This document shows, in pieces, positions 38,577-53,049 of a DNA stretch of 64,000 nt. The position numbers and the translations under genes are program-made. Location of the stretch: positions 54,932,001 to 54,996,000 of the forward strand of contig OZ336874.1 of the NCBI GenBank assembly GCA_965287045.1, in the 5' to 3' direction. Below the pieces are notes generated by a model that saw only the letters and a program-made list of their open reading frames with translations, did no database searches and had not been told where the DNA came from. The DNA comes from Carcharhinus amblyrhynchos (Eukaryota). Each line of letters starts with the position of its first letter. Position 1 is the first letter of the stretch.

Positions 38577-39600
38577 TCGATCGATACACTGGCTGATTGA
38601 TATGCCACCTGATCGATACACCATCCCATTGATACACTGTCGAACATAGAATCATAGAATCATCCCTACAGTAGCGAAGGAGGCCATATGGCTCATCGAG
38701 CCTGTATAGACCACAATCCCACTCAGGCCCTATTCCTGTGACCCCACACATTTGCTCTGCTAATCTCCCTGACACTAGGGCCAATTTAGCTTGGCCAATC
38801 AACCTAACCCCCACATCTTTGGACTGTGGGAGGAAACGGACACTCAGAGGAAACCCACTCAGACACGGGGAGAATGTGCAAACTCCACACTGATAGTGAC
38901 CCAAGGCTGGAATTGAATCTGGATCTCTGGCGCTGAGAGGCAGTAGTGCTAAACACTGTGCCACCGTACTGTTGATACACATCCAATCAATGCACAGACT
39001 ATTGATACATTGTCCAATTGATATACCATCCGAACGATACATCATCCAACTGATATACTATTTGATCGACACACTTTCTGATCGATACACTATCCCATTG
39101 ATACACCATCCCAATGATGCACCGTCCCAATGTTACACTGTCTGATTGATACATCACCCCATTGATACACTATCCAATCGATACACGATCAAGCTGATAC
39201 ACCACATATTGTCCCATTGATACACTATCTGACTGATAAACCATCCAATCAGTACACTGTCCAATCATACAACATCCGATCAATGCACTGTCCAATTGGT
39301 AACTGGCCGATCAATATACCATGCCATTGATACACCATCCGATCGATAATCATCTAATTGATACGTCATTGGATATACCTTCCAACCGATACACCATCTC
39401 ATTGATAAACCGTCCAATTGAAATACTGTCCAATTGGCACGTCAGCTGATCAATACATCGTCCAATTGATACACTGTCTGATTGATATACTGACCCATTG
39501 ATACACCATCTGATCAATAAATCATCCAATTGATACACTATCCAATTAATACACCGTCCAGCTGATGCACCATCCAATCGATACACTGTCCATTCAATCC
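38577..39600. repeat. Degenerate 16-bp minisatellite (approx. CRATYGATACACYRTC), split by a SINE
   Basis: Units such as gatcgatacaccatcc, cattgatacactatcc and gattgatacatcaccc; roughly 40 copies. Confidence 0.9.
38645..38967 (-). mobile_element. HE1-type V-SINE
   Basis: Full head, V-domain and (catagaat)n tail. Confidence 0.9.
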
Positions 39601-39614
39601 ATCATCAGAGAACA

Positions 39615-40330
39615 TGTCCATTTTTGATCTGGTGATAGAGGAAATGTTGTTGAAGCAGAAAGTGGTTGAAGCTATGACATTGCCCTGTCCTGGACTGAGA
39701 TGATTGATCCCCATTGACCATAACCATCTTCCTTTGTGCTAGGTATGACTCCTGAAGAGTTTCACCTGTAATTCCCATTGACTTCAGTTTTGCTGTGGCT
39801 CATTGATGCCACATTTGGGCAAATGCTGGCTTGATGTCAAAGGCAGTCACTCTCACTTCACCTCTTGAGTTCACCTCTTCACCAAATGATGGCTGTAATG
39901 AGGTTAGTACCGACTAAGTGCTACATGACAGCGCTGTTAACAACACCTTCCATCACCTTGCTGATGATTGAGAGTTGACTGATTGGCTGGGTTGGATTGT
40001 CCTGCTTTTTGTGGGCAGGATATTCCCGGACAATTTTCCACATTGACGGGTAGATGCTAGTGTTCTGATTGCCAATGCTTGTAATGGAACAGCTTGGCTA
40101 GGGGCACAACTAGTTCTGGAACACAAGTCTACTGATGGAATAATGTAAGTGCCCATAGCCAGTGTCTGTAACCATTGCTTGATATGTGGAATGAACTGAA
40201 GACAGGGTATCTGTGATCCTGGAGAACTCAGGATGAGGCTGAGATGCATCATCCACCCAGCATTTCTGGCTGAAGATGTTTGCAACACTTAAGCCTTATA
40301 TTTTGCATTGATGTGTTTGACTGCTGCATG
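39615..40330 (-). mobile_element. Degraded CR1/L2-group LINE RT-region fragment
   Basis: The minus strand encodes VRVTALDIKPAFAQMWHQ-like (RT domain 3: LD+..AFD.V.H) sequence near 39805-39855. Confidence 0.65.
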
Positions 40331-40489
40331 ACAAGTCTGTTAGCTTGACAGCACTCCCAATTTTGGCAAAAACCCCACATGTTAGTAATGAGGACTCTCC
40401 AGGGTTGGCAGGATTGGGTGTAACTATGTTGATACTGGGTGACCTGCCAGGTTTTGTTCCTTTTTGACTTTCTACTGATTTTGATATAA

Positions 40490-40810
40490 CTGAGTGGCTT
40501 ACTCGGCCTTTTCAGGGTATTTAAGAATCAACCATATTGCTGTGGATCTGGAGTCATGTGAAGGCTAGAGCCAGTGAGGACAACAGTTTTCCTTCCCTAA
40601 AGGACAATAGGGAAGCAGATGGATTTTTACAACAACTGACAACAGTTTCATGGCCAATGTTACCAAGACTTGCTTTTCAATTCCAAATTTCTACATTGAA
40701 TTTAAATTCCACAACCTGCCGTGATGGGATTTGTTCCCAGAGCTTTAGACTGGGCCTCTGTATTACTAGACCAGTGACATTACCACCTTACTGCAATACC
40801 ACCTTCCCCT
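40490..40810 (-). mobile_element. SINE-like repeat (second family; other copies 27620-27895 and 54420-54750)
   Basis: Shared core ccttccctaaaggaca / gtggatctggagtca and a tRNA-like head in three copies. Confidence 0.6.
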
Positions 40811-42486
40811 TAATGTGATATCATTAGAATGTAGAAACAGGAATATACCATTCAGTCTCTCTAACGTGCTTTGCCACTGTTCACCTAAATATAGTTGATC
40901 TGTTTCTCAACTTCATTTACCCTACCTTTGCTCCATAATCCCTTGACATATTTACAAACAGAAGCTTAGAACCACATCACCCCAATATGGTAGACTGTAG
41001 TAAATGCCAGAAATGCAGCACAGATCATTCAGCATCTGCTAGGGAAAAAATGGTCTTTGACAATTTGGTCATGTGTCATTGAACAGATACAGGTGCACAT
41101 ATGAATTCCATAGCAAATCTTTTTCATTACTGATACCTCTCCAGTCCAGAAAGCATTTAGACAGTTATATGGGTAGGATGGGTATAGAGGGATATGGGCC
41201 AACGTGGGCAACTGGGACCAGCTTAGTTGTTAAAAAAAGGACAGCATGGAGAAGTTGGGCCGAAGGGTCTGTGATAAACCGCTATGACTATTTTTTTTTG
41301 CTTTCATTTCAGATTTCCATCTTCTGCCTTTTTCTTTTCCTTTTTATCTGAATGATGATTATTCAGTTGGTCTGACCCGGTACTGGAAGCTGCAGGAGTA
41401 AATTGGAGTAATTGGGGCCTGGGATTCTTTCCACTTGGCTCCAGAATATCCTGAATGCCAGTGTCCCAGTGGGTAGGGTGGTCCTTGCTGGACAAGCAAC
41501 AGGAAGCAGCTTCAGTAAACTGTGTGCTTTCAGCTTGTTAAATTCCAGCCATACACTTCTGCATATTTGCCTGTCGCAATGCTTCGGCCCTTTCAATCTA
41601 GTTAGGAGCAGCAACAGGAATGGATAGACCGCTTTCAAATCAAGAGTCCACTCAAACAAGGAAAAATAATTAAAATTTGATATCACAGCAAAGCAGGTAA
41701 GTGATTGGTTGGTGAGCATTTCATATTTTTTTCACTTCTTTTTCTCTCTCAGCTGGGATATTTGTTTAAACTTGGAACCAGGAAATTAAAGTTTCTATCA
41801 AGCTAAGTAAAAACAGTAAGTGAAATAATAATCAGAGTTTTAGCACAGAGAAGCTTCACTCGAGTGCAGATTTCACCAGAGTTCAAGAGTGAGAGAATTT
41901 GGTGACCTGGGGTTAAAAGGTGCTGTTGGATATGTAAAAAAAAATAGAAACAAATAGGCTTACATTAGGACTAAGTTACAGGAAAGACCCAAAGACAGGT
42001 TCAGTCCACAGCATCATGATCACCACAGTTAGAGCAAGGAGGCAGGTCCCAAATTCACCCTTCCGCAATGGTAGTACACCCCATACTATTGGCACCAAAC
42101 TAATCTATATTGACTGTCCAGTCAGCTGAACCAGCTGGCCTCTCCAAGGAGTCTGAGTTTCTGTGCATGCTCATTATAACCTGGAGCTATCTATCGATAG
42201 TGAAGGTAGAGGCTCCAACATCCTTTCCCTCACATGACTGACTAGGAATCTTACCATCTTTTGGTACGTATTGGAAGGATTTAGAAGTTGGTACTCAACC
42301 TATTTGGTGTTTTGTTGTGTGTTCAGGGTCTAAATGGGTTTCTTTGGGTCTTTGGTCTATTCTTCCAAAGTAAGCAGCTGCAGATTACTCTTTATTTTTA
42401 GCCACTGTATATTTATTAGAAACTCAGCACAAGATTGGAAATTCTCCTCTTTCCACATCTCTGGTACTCAATCATGTTTACAAGTT

Positions 42487-42848
42487 TGTAGTTTATTTAT
42501 TAGTGTCACAAGTAGGCTTACATTAACACTGCAATGAAGTTACTGTGAAAATCCCATAGTTGCCACACTTCATGCCTGTTCAGGGATTTGCTACCAAGTA
42601 AGTCTGTTGGACTTTAACCTGGTGTTGTGAGACCTCTTGCTGTGTTCAGGGACACTTGGAGAATTTTAGCATGGCTATTGCCCCTAACCAGCATGTCTTT
42701 CAGGCTGTGGGAAGAAATTGGAGCATCCAGAGGAAACTCACGCAATCTTGGGCAGAATGTGGAAACACTGCACAGACAGTGACCCAAGCTAGGGACCAAA
42801 TCCGGGTTCTTGGCGCTGTGAGACAGCAGTGCTAACCACTGTGCTGCC
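42487..42848 (-). mobile_element. V-SINE (alternative tail) containing a 56-bp Penelope pLTR insertion (42587-42642)
   Basis: SINE consensus interrupted by ctaccaagta..ctgttggactttaacctggtgttgtgagac, with TSD tgttcaggga. Confidence 0.85.
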
Positions 42849-44064
42849 CTTAGTTATTACGTCATCATTACATGGGCATCACGTGCTTCTGATGTTAACC
42901 CTTTAAGTGATCCCTAAGTCTTCATTGCAATTATATACATCGTCCTCCACCGCCCCCCTCCCCCCCACCCCCCCATCGCCCCCATCCCCACCCACTGCCC
43001 CATCCCGCCTCAAAGTCTCAGGCTTCACAAGCTTAGTCTTTGAGGTGACTTGAGTAAACTGCCTGTTCTTTTTCTGATTTCTTTCTGTGGTCGAGAACAT
43101 TCCGTACTCTTGCTCCTGTCAGTTTGACAGTCCTCTCCTGGGTAGCTAAAGAGTTTTATCTTCTTGTTTCTTTTTTTCTCCATCAGGATCTAATTAGTAA
43201 GCCCAAGGTTCTATTGTCTCTCTTTCCAAGGATATTAAGGTGCCCTGATTTCTCTTTTTAATTCCCTGGTCTGACTCAAACCTGTATAATCTTGGTTGTG
43301 GAGATCTTTTGACTATTATACATTCTTTCTGTTGATCTTGGACCCAGACTCTCTCCCTGGGCTACAGCACTGATTAATCTCATGCTCTACGCCTGCAGAT
43401 AAAGTTACAAGGCTGTTTGGGAAGGGAGCCGATGATATATTGTAGTGTAGCAACATATGGCTGGAACTCAGGTCAGGGAACAAACAAAGGTTTATTAAAA
43501 GGATAACTATACACATTACATTTATATGGTCCTGAAGTGCCTCATGGGCTGTCTGTCTGATTGCCAACAATCTGAAGACGGGAAGATCCAGCCCCTTATG
43601 ATAATTAGCTAATCCTGTTGAATTTGTCAAGTTAACATTCTCTCGAGTGAAGTGAAAGAATACACCAATCCAGATAATTTTTTTCCAAGATCACTAGATT
43701 GCCGAATAAAAAAGAAGGGATAATTTTATCAGTTTGCGCTCCTGCAATGATAAACAAAATAAACTTTGGAATGTAAGCTCAAGCTCACAATGAGGGCTAC
43801 AGGTAGGTAGATCTCTGGGTTCTGGAGACAAAACACATCACTTCCCATCTATTTGTTGATTAAATCATTGAGTGCACTCCAGCTGTCTGGTACACCATTG
43901 CATGATTTTAATATTGAAATTTTTATGTTTAGAAATTTGACAAACTTTGAAGTTTGCACTTTTCCATCTGCACAGTTGTTGTTAATGAAAAGGTACTGTT
44001 ATGCTAAATCTGAGGCTGAAGGTGCTCTCACATAATATATTTCAATATAATGGGGGGTGGGAGG

Positions 44065-44390
44065 GCTCAGTGGCTAAGTGGTTAGCATTGCTGCCTCACA
44101 GTGCCAAGGAGGTGGGTTCAATTCCCGACTTGGGTCACTGACTGTGTGGAGTTTGCACATTTTCACCGTATCTGCATGGGTTTCCTCTGGGGGTGCTCTG
44201 GTTTCCTCCCACAGTCCAAAGATGTGCGAGTTAGGTGGCTCAGTCTTGCTAAATTGCCCCTTAGTGTCAGGGGGATGAACTAGGGTAAATGCATGGGGTT
44301 ATGGGGATATGGCCTGCGTGGGATTGTGGTCAGTGCAGACTTGATGGGCTGAATTGAATGGTCTTCTTCTGCACTGTAGGATTCTATGAT
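44065..44390 (+). mobile_element. HE1-type V-SINE
   Basis: Head, V-domain and tail ending gattctatgat. Confidence 0.88.
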
Positions 44391-47300
44391 AATTTGGGTA
44401 GCTTCACAATCAAGCTACAATGCACTGTTTGTGTAATGTGAAAGAGGAATTATTAAATATCATTACAAAAATATGACATAACAAATCTATGCTACAACAT
44501 AATTAGATTTTACTCTCTTTCATGGAATTTGTTTCCGTAGGACCTTTTCGTTTTAGTTGTTGTTCTAGAAATATTCAAAATAAAATCACTTGAAAATTCA
44601 ATTTATTCTGTTCATAACTGCTGGGAGGCCTTCCTGTCTGTGTGGACACAGTTGGTAGCAGAGTGCCAAACTCAAGTCAGGGCTCAATCCATCTGAAAGA
44701 AAGCTGACTCCAGACACACACACAACTCATTTCACTTGGGAAATGTATTTGACTTTAATAAATGGTATGTGGCAGGAAAATACTACTGCAGATGTGAAGC
44801 AAAGTATGTGAACTGTTGCCCATTCTGCCAGTCTTTCATAGACAAGGTAGTGTGCTTCAGTTGCACTGCCTGCAGCACGTAATGGAGATACTTGGGGGTT
44901 GAGTCAGTGTCTGTTCATTATATTCAATTTTTGACTGTAAAATGTCTCAATACCACCAAGACTGTTATGATCAAAAGATCCCAGGTGATCACAGTTGCAA
45001 ACTATCATTACATCCAAAGGAGGTAGATGAGGATTTTTGACTGGAAGTTTGAGGAGTACATCTGTGACTTTAGCACCTGATTGGTAAGCAGCCACTCACT
45101 GCACTGCTGAAGGGACAACATGCTTTCCAATGAATAGAAATCACATGGACTGAACAACCTTGTGCAAATAATTAGATCTGCACATTAGGATCATGTTAGC
45201 TGACCCCACCACCATAGGAAGAAACAAACATTTTCTGTTTATGTGGTCTGTACATGATCTTGTTTGCTGCAGATGCAGCTTCCACACCGAGATTCCCTGG
45301 AAACTGGCTTAGCATTTCTGGTTCCCAACCTAATCCATGAGCCTTCTGCTACATTCCCACCTGGATTATGGTGGAAACACTAGCATCACCATGCATGCAT
45401 CTTGGACACCTATCAAAGCAGTGGAGAAGAAGTGGCAATAGACCCCAACCATTAGGAGACGCACAGAACAAGGAACTTCTGGTCAAGGCCAATTTGTCAT
45501 TTTTTGTTCTTTGCGGGTCTGAGCTGGCACCCAGGCTTGGATCTTTGATGGACCAGGTAGGCCAGTACACTTCAACCTCACTTGGTGGAATTCTGCCCAG
45601 CTTATTGCAGGCAGAAGATGACAGAGCTGCTGGCATGGGAATCTCTTCCTCCTCAGCTACTGGTCCTCTGTCAAGTGCGGTCTTGCTTGAGCTAAATGGA
45701 GCTTGCATCCCACACAGGAACCTTCCCAAATAGGAGCCTTTGAAAGCTGGCAGCAAGGCTGGAACCCAATGTAATTACTGGGCTTTCTCATGCATTCCTA
45801 CCTGGATTATGGCAGGACAGAGTCTGGAAATTCAGGACCCACCTTTTTTGAATTAAAGCTCTCTGAAGTAATGTCCTAAGTGTTAAATTCAAATGAGATG
45901 GGATTGTGTTCTTCAGTTTTTTGCCCAAAGGCAGACAACAGCTCACAGCACCACAATGGGTAAGGGAAGGAGACAGGTCCCAGATCATGCCAGACAGAAC
46001 AAAGGTTGAACCTCATGCTGCTGGCACCAATCTGATCCTTATCAATCATTCAGTCATAAAACCCACAGAAATCCTACAGTGCAGAAGAAGGCCATTCAGC
46101 CCATTGAGTCTTTACTGACTCTCTGAAAGAGCACCTTACCCAGAACTACCCCCCTCTCTGGATCCCCAAGGAGTGTAAGCTGTTGCTCTGGTAGGCATGT
46201 TCTAGTCCCAGTCTATGAATAGTGATGGCAGATACCCCAATATTCTTTCCATCACAAAACTGACCAGGGATCTCTCCCACCTGCAGCTGCATGTGTTGGA
46301 CAGATGTACAAGTTGATACTTAACCTGCTTGGCCACACTATGAATGCACTTTCCTTGGACATCGAGTTCTGGGGTGGGACTTACACCCAGAGCTTCTGGT
46401 TTAAAGGTAGGGACAATATACCCACGGTACCAAAAGACTCCAGTAACACTGGCAGCTATCCTAATACACTCAATATCTGAACATTGTCTTCTTGCCATCA
46501 TTGGCCAGTCAGTACAAGTAATGGAAAACTAAACCTGCTGAATACTAAGAGGATTTGGCTTCGTGGGTTTTGATTCCTGACTAAACAAATTCCCCTGTTA
46601 AATGCAGGAATACCTTTCTGCTTGCAATGTAATTGCTGTATCCCAGAGCCTTGTTTATTCTAAACAGACTGTAGTCTACAAGAAAAGGAGGAAGATTTTC
46701 TTCCTTGCCAGGAACTCATATTTTTCGAATGCTCAGAGTTTCACCCACCCACAGAAATACTTTGTTTTCTTTTCTCTAACTTTTCTCACATTCACTTACA
46801 ATACTCCCAATTGCAGGGACTATGGTGAAATTAAGAATTTATCATTATTCAAATTATCAATTATCACTCAGTTGTGCTGAATTTTAAAATGGGAAGGTCT
46901 GGTGCATGGATGATTATTAAACTGAAATGCAAACAACACAAGTTTCCCTTTATTTTCAGCTCAGCAAATTTCAGTATAAACTGCCTTTGCTTTCCTGTGA
47001 TTATTTCCATAAATTTTGAAAACCAATGGGAAACAACAGGACCAAAAGCAAATAGCTTTTTTTCACCATACTCCTTTACTGACAGGTTAATGCTTTACCG
47101 CTTACCCTGCACCACTGCACTTCAACATGTGCAATGGTGCATATGCTTCTTCTTGGTTTAACTAACTGGTTGTGTGCCTCCTTGACTTAACACTATTAAA
47201 TGTTGCCAATTGATCATTATTTGTCATCTGTACAAACAATAGATTTGCTGGCGCCATCAGATCTTTCCGTGGCCATTGGGCACCGTAGGGACTAGGGTGC

Positions 47301-48627
47301 TTTATTGATTCCCTTAATCACATTTTGGTTTAATGTTTTACATTTTCTTTGAGATTCTGGATGGAATTTTCCATGGGAATTGTAGCAGGCGGGATGCGGA
47401 CCATACAACAGTCATTGACCTCGGGCAGGATTTTCCACTCTTAAGGCAAGTGCGGCTGGAAAATCCTGCCCTCTGTTCCTTTTCTGTAATATCCCTTTAA
47501 GAGGCTGCTCTTTCAATCGTTTGATTGCTTTTTTGTTTTACTCTGAAGGGGAAAAACAAAACAGTAAATCTACTTGATTTTTATGAAACATTCTCACTAA
47601 TTTTTCACCATTTTTTACATTGGGTCTTGTTTAATAGGGGGCGCAGACCTCCGGTCATTCTTCATGGGTATAATTATATGCTGGGCTAACAGACCCCGTG
47701 TCCATTCACTTTGGCATTAAAGTAGCTGTGAGAACTACCTACTCACATCTTCTTTGTTAAGCTTAGAGACAATAAAAGTGTTGACAGGTTCAACCATATT
47801 TTTTTGCAACTGGTTGTCGATATTTCACCAGTAAGCCTGCAGAGATTTCAGTTCTTCCTCCCAACACTAATTATTGGTCAAATTGTAATTGGAGACAGTG
47901 GCCTGGCACACTGGCTGGAAAGAGGGTGGGGCAAACCCTCCTTCACCGGAGCCGTGCAGCAAATTTACAGCCATCCAGCAGTTGATTGCCTAAGCTGTGG
48001 TTACCATCCCAATGGGGGAAGCTGCCTCTCCTCCAAGAGATGCAGATGGCAGGCAGTTCTCCAGTCCAGGCTGCACCATGGGAAGCAGTAGCCACTGCTG
48101 GCACTGAAATCAGTCCCTGACCAACAGCACACTGGTGGCTGGCATTCAAGGTAAGTTGGACAGCCTCACCAGGGCAAGTCAGGTAGGACGAGCCAGAGTG
48201 GGGTGTGTGGCAATCAGGGCACTGGAGTGCTGGGTGCAGTTTAACCAGGCCCTTTCCGTTGGAAGGATTCCTCCATTAAACAGAGGATTGCTAAACAGGA
48301 GATTTCCCCCCAAGCCACAGGCAAGCCACCAGGATATAACTGGTGTTGTGGCCACATAGGCTTGGCAATCACCACACCACCTTTCAGTAAAGCACCTGTA
48401 AAAGCAGGAGATGCTCTTAAGTGACCATTGGAAGTCCATGTAAGGGAACTAACCCAAGATTGGGCAGGCTGCCAGCATATACCTCACCACAGGTAAAATA
48501 CCAACGGACAAAGGTAGACAAACAGCATGTGACCCCTACAATCTCATCTAATTTTACACCAACCGCATCTCCACCCTCCTCCAGCACACTCTCAATGACA
48601 CTGTTGGGATTGGAAAGCTTCCAGCCA

Positions 48628-50597
48628 TCTGATTGGCTGGAAGCTCTTGCAAACAAGACATTCTCCTGCAAACACTTGACAATTAAATGCCTGAGACAAG
48701 TAAAATTGTGTCAAGGCTTCATGGGTCAATGGAGCTGGGATTGCCCCCGAATTTTCAGCAAGGGTGGACCCAGCTTCAAATTCAGCCACAAACAACGTGC
48801 GGTATTGAGACACTCAGATGGACAATCAAATTTGCGAGTTTGATGCAGCTGAGGCCTGAGGACGAATTTCTGGTGAGCTCCAGGTGCCTGTCCCATACCT
48901 GCTGCCCATTTTGTACTGATTTCTGGTGCTACACATATTTCTCTCCCCTGCATGTTTAAAATAAGAACAGTAACAAGTACTGGGGCCAGATAAGAGAAGG
49001 AAAAATATTCTAAACCTGGTGAACAGATGGAAAAATGTGCATCGTCTATACTTAACAACAGATGAAAACTGAACTTCTCTCCAAAGGAATTGTTGACGTT
49101 TTGCCAGAATCTGATTTCGGTCAGGTATTCTTTTCATGGTAATTAAGGGAGATTACATGTGTGTGCACAGTGTTACCAGCCACAGTAAATTGAAAGTCAT
49201 ATTCTTTGTAATCAATCCTTTAAAGCAGCAGGCTTTAACACATTACCCGTTTCAAAGAGTGTTTGTTTACTGAGCTCCTTCAGTTAGTGTAAAACCAGAT
49301 GGAACGGATTATGTGACTTTCTTATTCTGTTGAATTGATGCAGAAACATAAAAGGATCCAAGTGCATTTTAATGGACAATCTCCCTCTCCTGAAATACCT
49401 AGAAATAACGGATAAATCAATATTTGCATGTAAGATGCAGCAGGAGACTTCCTGAAACAGTGTTAAACAAGTGTCAGTTTAAACAGAGAGCCGGGAGACA
49501 AGCTACATCTCTGGAGGGAACGAATTGTAGTTACTGTGCGTTCCAGTCTGGCTACTGGAATCTGAAGACGTTCATAGGCCCTAGTACATGTAGACTTCAT
49601 ATACAAACATTGGTTTGAACTCAGCACGTGCTGAAAAAATGAGTTAGCCTGTTTTTTCATTCCTGCAATTTAAATGTAGTTCAAACTTATCGACCAGTGG
49701 ATTCTAATGCAGAGTACTGAAAATGTGTGGTCCTTGTAGAGGCCAGTACAAACAGGTTTCCAAAAAAAACTTTTACTTGATTATTTTCATGGGACCATGA
49801 ATATTCCCACCATTGCCAGTCTTCATAGAGTCCCACCCATAAAGGATAAGAACCCACAGTAACCCATTTTCTTTCAGTACAGTTTACTGTGTAACAGTAA
49901 AAGGACAGTCAGATAACCTGTGAACATGTTTAAACAGCCAATGTTTCTGAAAGTGAGACTGATAAGCAAGAGCTAGTCAATACTTTCTTTGAGTATTCAC
50001 TTTGGAAGATGGAAATGGTATACACTCCCTAACCAATAAAACTAAATGAATAGAATAAAGTCAGTCTGGCTAAGAGAGTTCAAAATATTTAGACACCCAA
50101 GATGGATGGCATCTATCTCAGAGTTCTAATAGGAGGGAAGATCTCTGCGCTAGTGTTGGGCTGAGGAATAGCACATGGAATGATACACTGGTAAAGCCAG
50201 AAATAGATGTGGTTCATTCTTGCCCAGCCACTATATCACGCTGTCAGCCTTCAACACCATTATTCCTATAAAACTCTGATTGGCTGGAAGCTCTTGCAAA
50301 CAAGGCATCCTCCTGCAAACCCCCGACAATTAAATGCCTGTGACAAGTAAAATTGTGTCAAGGCATCCTGGGTCAATGGAGCTGGGATTGCCCCCAAATT
50401 TTCAGCAAGGGTGGATCCAGCTTCAAATTCAGCCCTAAACGGCATGTGGTATCGAGACACTCAGATTGATGATCAAATTTGCGAGTTTGATGCAGATGAG
50501 GCCTGAAGACCAATTTCCAGTGAGCTCCAGGCGCATGTTCCATACCTGCTGCCCATTTTGCACTGATTTCTGGTGCTACACATATTTCTCTCCCCCA
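48628..50597 (+). repeat. ~320-bp direct duplication (48628-48948 and 50276-50597)
   Basis: ctgattggctggaagctcttgcaaacaag...ctggtgctacacatatttctctcccc is present twice and colinear. Confidence 0.92.
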
Positions 50598-51530
50598 CTC
50601 TGTGTCCTAGGGCTCGGCTCCTCCCTAGATTTCCTAACAGACCACAAACAGTAAGGACAGGCAACGACACCTCCTCAATAATCATCCTCAACACCAGTGT
50701 CCCACAAGGCTATGGCCTCAGCCCCTCACTATACTCCTTATATATCAATGACTGTGTGGCCAAATTCCCCTCCAACTTGATTTTCATCATCATAGTGGGT
50801 GGGATCTCAAACAATGACGAGACAGAGTACTGGAAAAAGATAGAGAACCTATGAACTGGTGCAACGACAACAATCTCTCGCAATGTCAACAAAATGAAGG
50901 AGATAATTATCAATTTCACGCAGTGGAGAACATGTCCCTATACACTCAAAAGGGATGAAGTAGAAATGGTCGAGAGCTTCAGATTTATGGTGTCCAGATC
51001 ACCAACAACTTGTCCTTGTCCTACAACGACTCTATAGTTACGAAAGCCCACCAATGCCTTTACTTTCTCATGAAACTAAGGGAAGTTGGCATATTCACTA
51101 TGACTCTCACTATCTTTTATTGATGCACCATAAAAAGCATTCTTGATTTGATAGAATGAGAGTAAAAGATAGAATTAGAAGGTATGCTGGGCACAGCTTG
51201 CAAGAAATTGCCTCACTCCGGTGCCAATCACAGCTTGGTATGGATTCTGCTCTGTCCAGGACTGAAATAAACTGCAACAGGTAGTGAATGAAGCCCAGTC
51301 CATTACACAAACCAACCTACCATCCATTGACTCTCAGACTTTTGAATGGACGTACCTCGCATTAAGTTGACCTTTCTCTACATCGTAGCTATGACTGCAA
51401 CACTACATTCCGCACTCTCTCCTTTCCTTCTCCATGTATGGTATGCTTTGTCTGCATAGCACCCAAGAAACAATACGTTTCACTGTATGCCATTATATAT
51501 GACAATAATAAATCAAATCAAATCAAATCA
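50598..51530 (+). mobile_element. Rex1/Babar-like LINE, 5'-truncated
   Basis: RPQTVRTGNDTSSIIILNTSVPQGYGLSPSLYSLYINDC; (aaatc)n tail. Confidence 0.88.
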
Positions 51531-53049
51531 CACTTGGGGGAGGGGAGGAATAGCTGTGGGCACCTTAAGTCATAGCCTTGATATTATTCTACATTGATCC
51601 TCAGGTACATTCATTTTTCCTGCATGTTAGAGACATCATTTTAGTGAAAGGGCAAATTAGGTCCTTAATTATATATAACCTTATTTTTGCAAGGACTCAT
51701 TTTATGGTAAGGATGGTAAGAATTTTCTAAGTAGCATACGATGAACATTATTCAGTACAGAACTACTAGTGTAGGTTTTCTGCTGAATATTATAGGCAGC
51801 AATCTCCTTGGAAAAGAATTGGGAAAAATTAAAAATGTAATAGGTTTTAAGTAAGTGAAAGGGGGGAATGTGGGAAAAAGAACAGAAGGAAAAATCTGTG
51901 TTATGGTGGAAGACAGGAGAAATTAAGTGGCAAAAGGGTTGGTGATACAAAGGCAAAAGAAGTAGTAATGGGACATGAAAAGAAACAAAACGGCTGGAAT
52001 TTTACTCCATGCCCACCCCCGAATTGGGGCAGATGTGACTCACAGAACCAAATTCTCCATTGGCCTCGGGCAGGAGTTTATGATCCTCGCCGGAACAAGG
52101 TCGTAAGATAGCTGCCAATGTGTCTGAGAATGTGAATAGCAAAAAGTGAATGGCTGTCATTTGAAAACAAAAAGAAAAAGCAAGTAAAATCAAAACCTGC
52201 AAAGAAAAGTGGTATAAAATGGGGGCAAAGATTACAGTCTGAACAATGGTCTTGTTCTCTTGAAGGAGCACTCCGTAATGCAGTACTCCCTCAACATTGC
52301 ACTATATTATGGCCTGAATTATTGTAAAGACAGAGGCAGAAATTGTCCATTCCCACCTGCTGCAGGAATTACAGCAGACGGGATGGAGAGTCTGATGGAC
52401 AAGCTAAAACCCATTGACATCAGACAGGAATTTTCAGTTCTAGGGCAATGGGATGAGAAACTCCCACCCAGAAAGACTCCACACCTTAGCAATGTGGCAC
52501 CAAAGGCCGGATTCCAGAAGTTCTTCCCCAGAACCACAATCTCCACCGGTGAGTGGGAAGAACAGGGGCAAATTGACCTTCGCACATGCATTGTTCACAG
52601 AGGCAGTTAGATGCAATTTTTGTCACCCAGGTTTTTGAATTTGAGGAGGATATTTGAGGAGAAAGTTTAAATTTACCAGAATTTTTTTGAGAGGTACCTT
52701 TTTGGAAAGCTTGATAAAAAGTTTCACCAAGTGCCAATGTACCTCCATAAATTCGATCTCAGGTGTATAGCTGATATCCAAGCAAGTTGGAGGGTGGGGC
52801 CTATGCTACATCGTTCTGATGTCTGAGTATCTGTGTTGACTGAATGTGAGATAGTCAGATGTGACAATACTTCTTAGACAATTCTTCCTCCTCCTGGGAT
52901 GAAATTGCCCAGGGGTTGATGAGCAAGTGGCACAGGAATGAATGAAACAAAAGACAATAAAGAGATTGAGCCTTTTACATTGTGAGAACATGCTCCAATG
53001 CACACCACTGTTCTTAAACACAGCTGCAGTGTCCTTATCATGCAACCCA

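Noticed and set aside
38577-39600. CRISPR-like regular repeats
   Set aside because: Head-to-tail 16-bp units without unique spacers, no cas genes, vertebrate context.
45349-45756. Overlapping 135-aa and 121-aa ORFs
   Set aside because: No recognisable domain or splice context; probably old repeat sequence.
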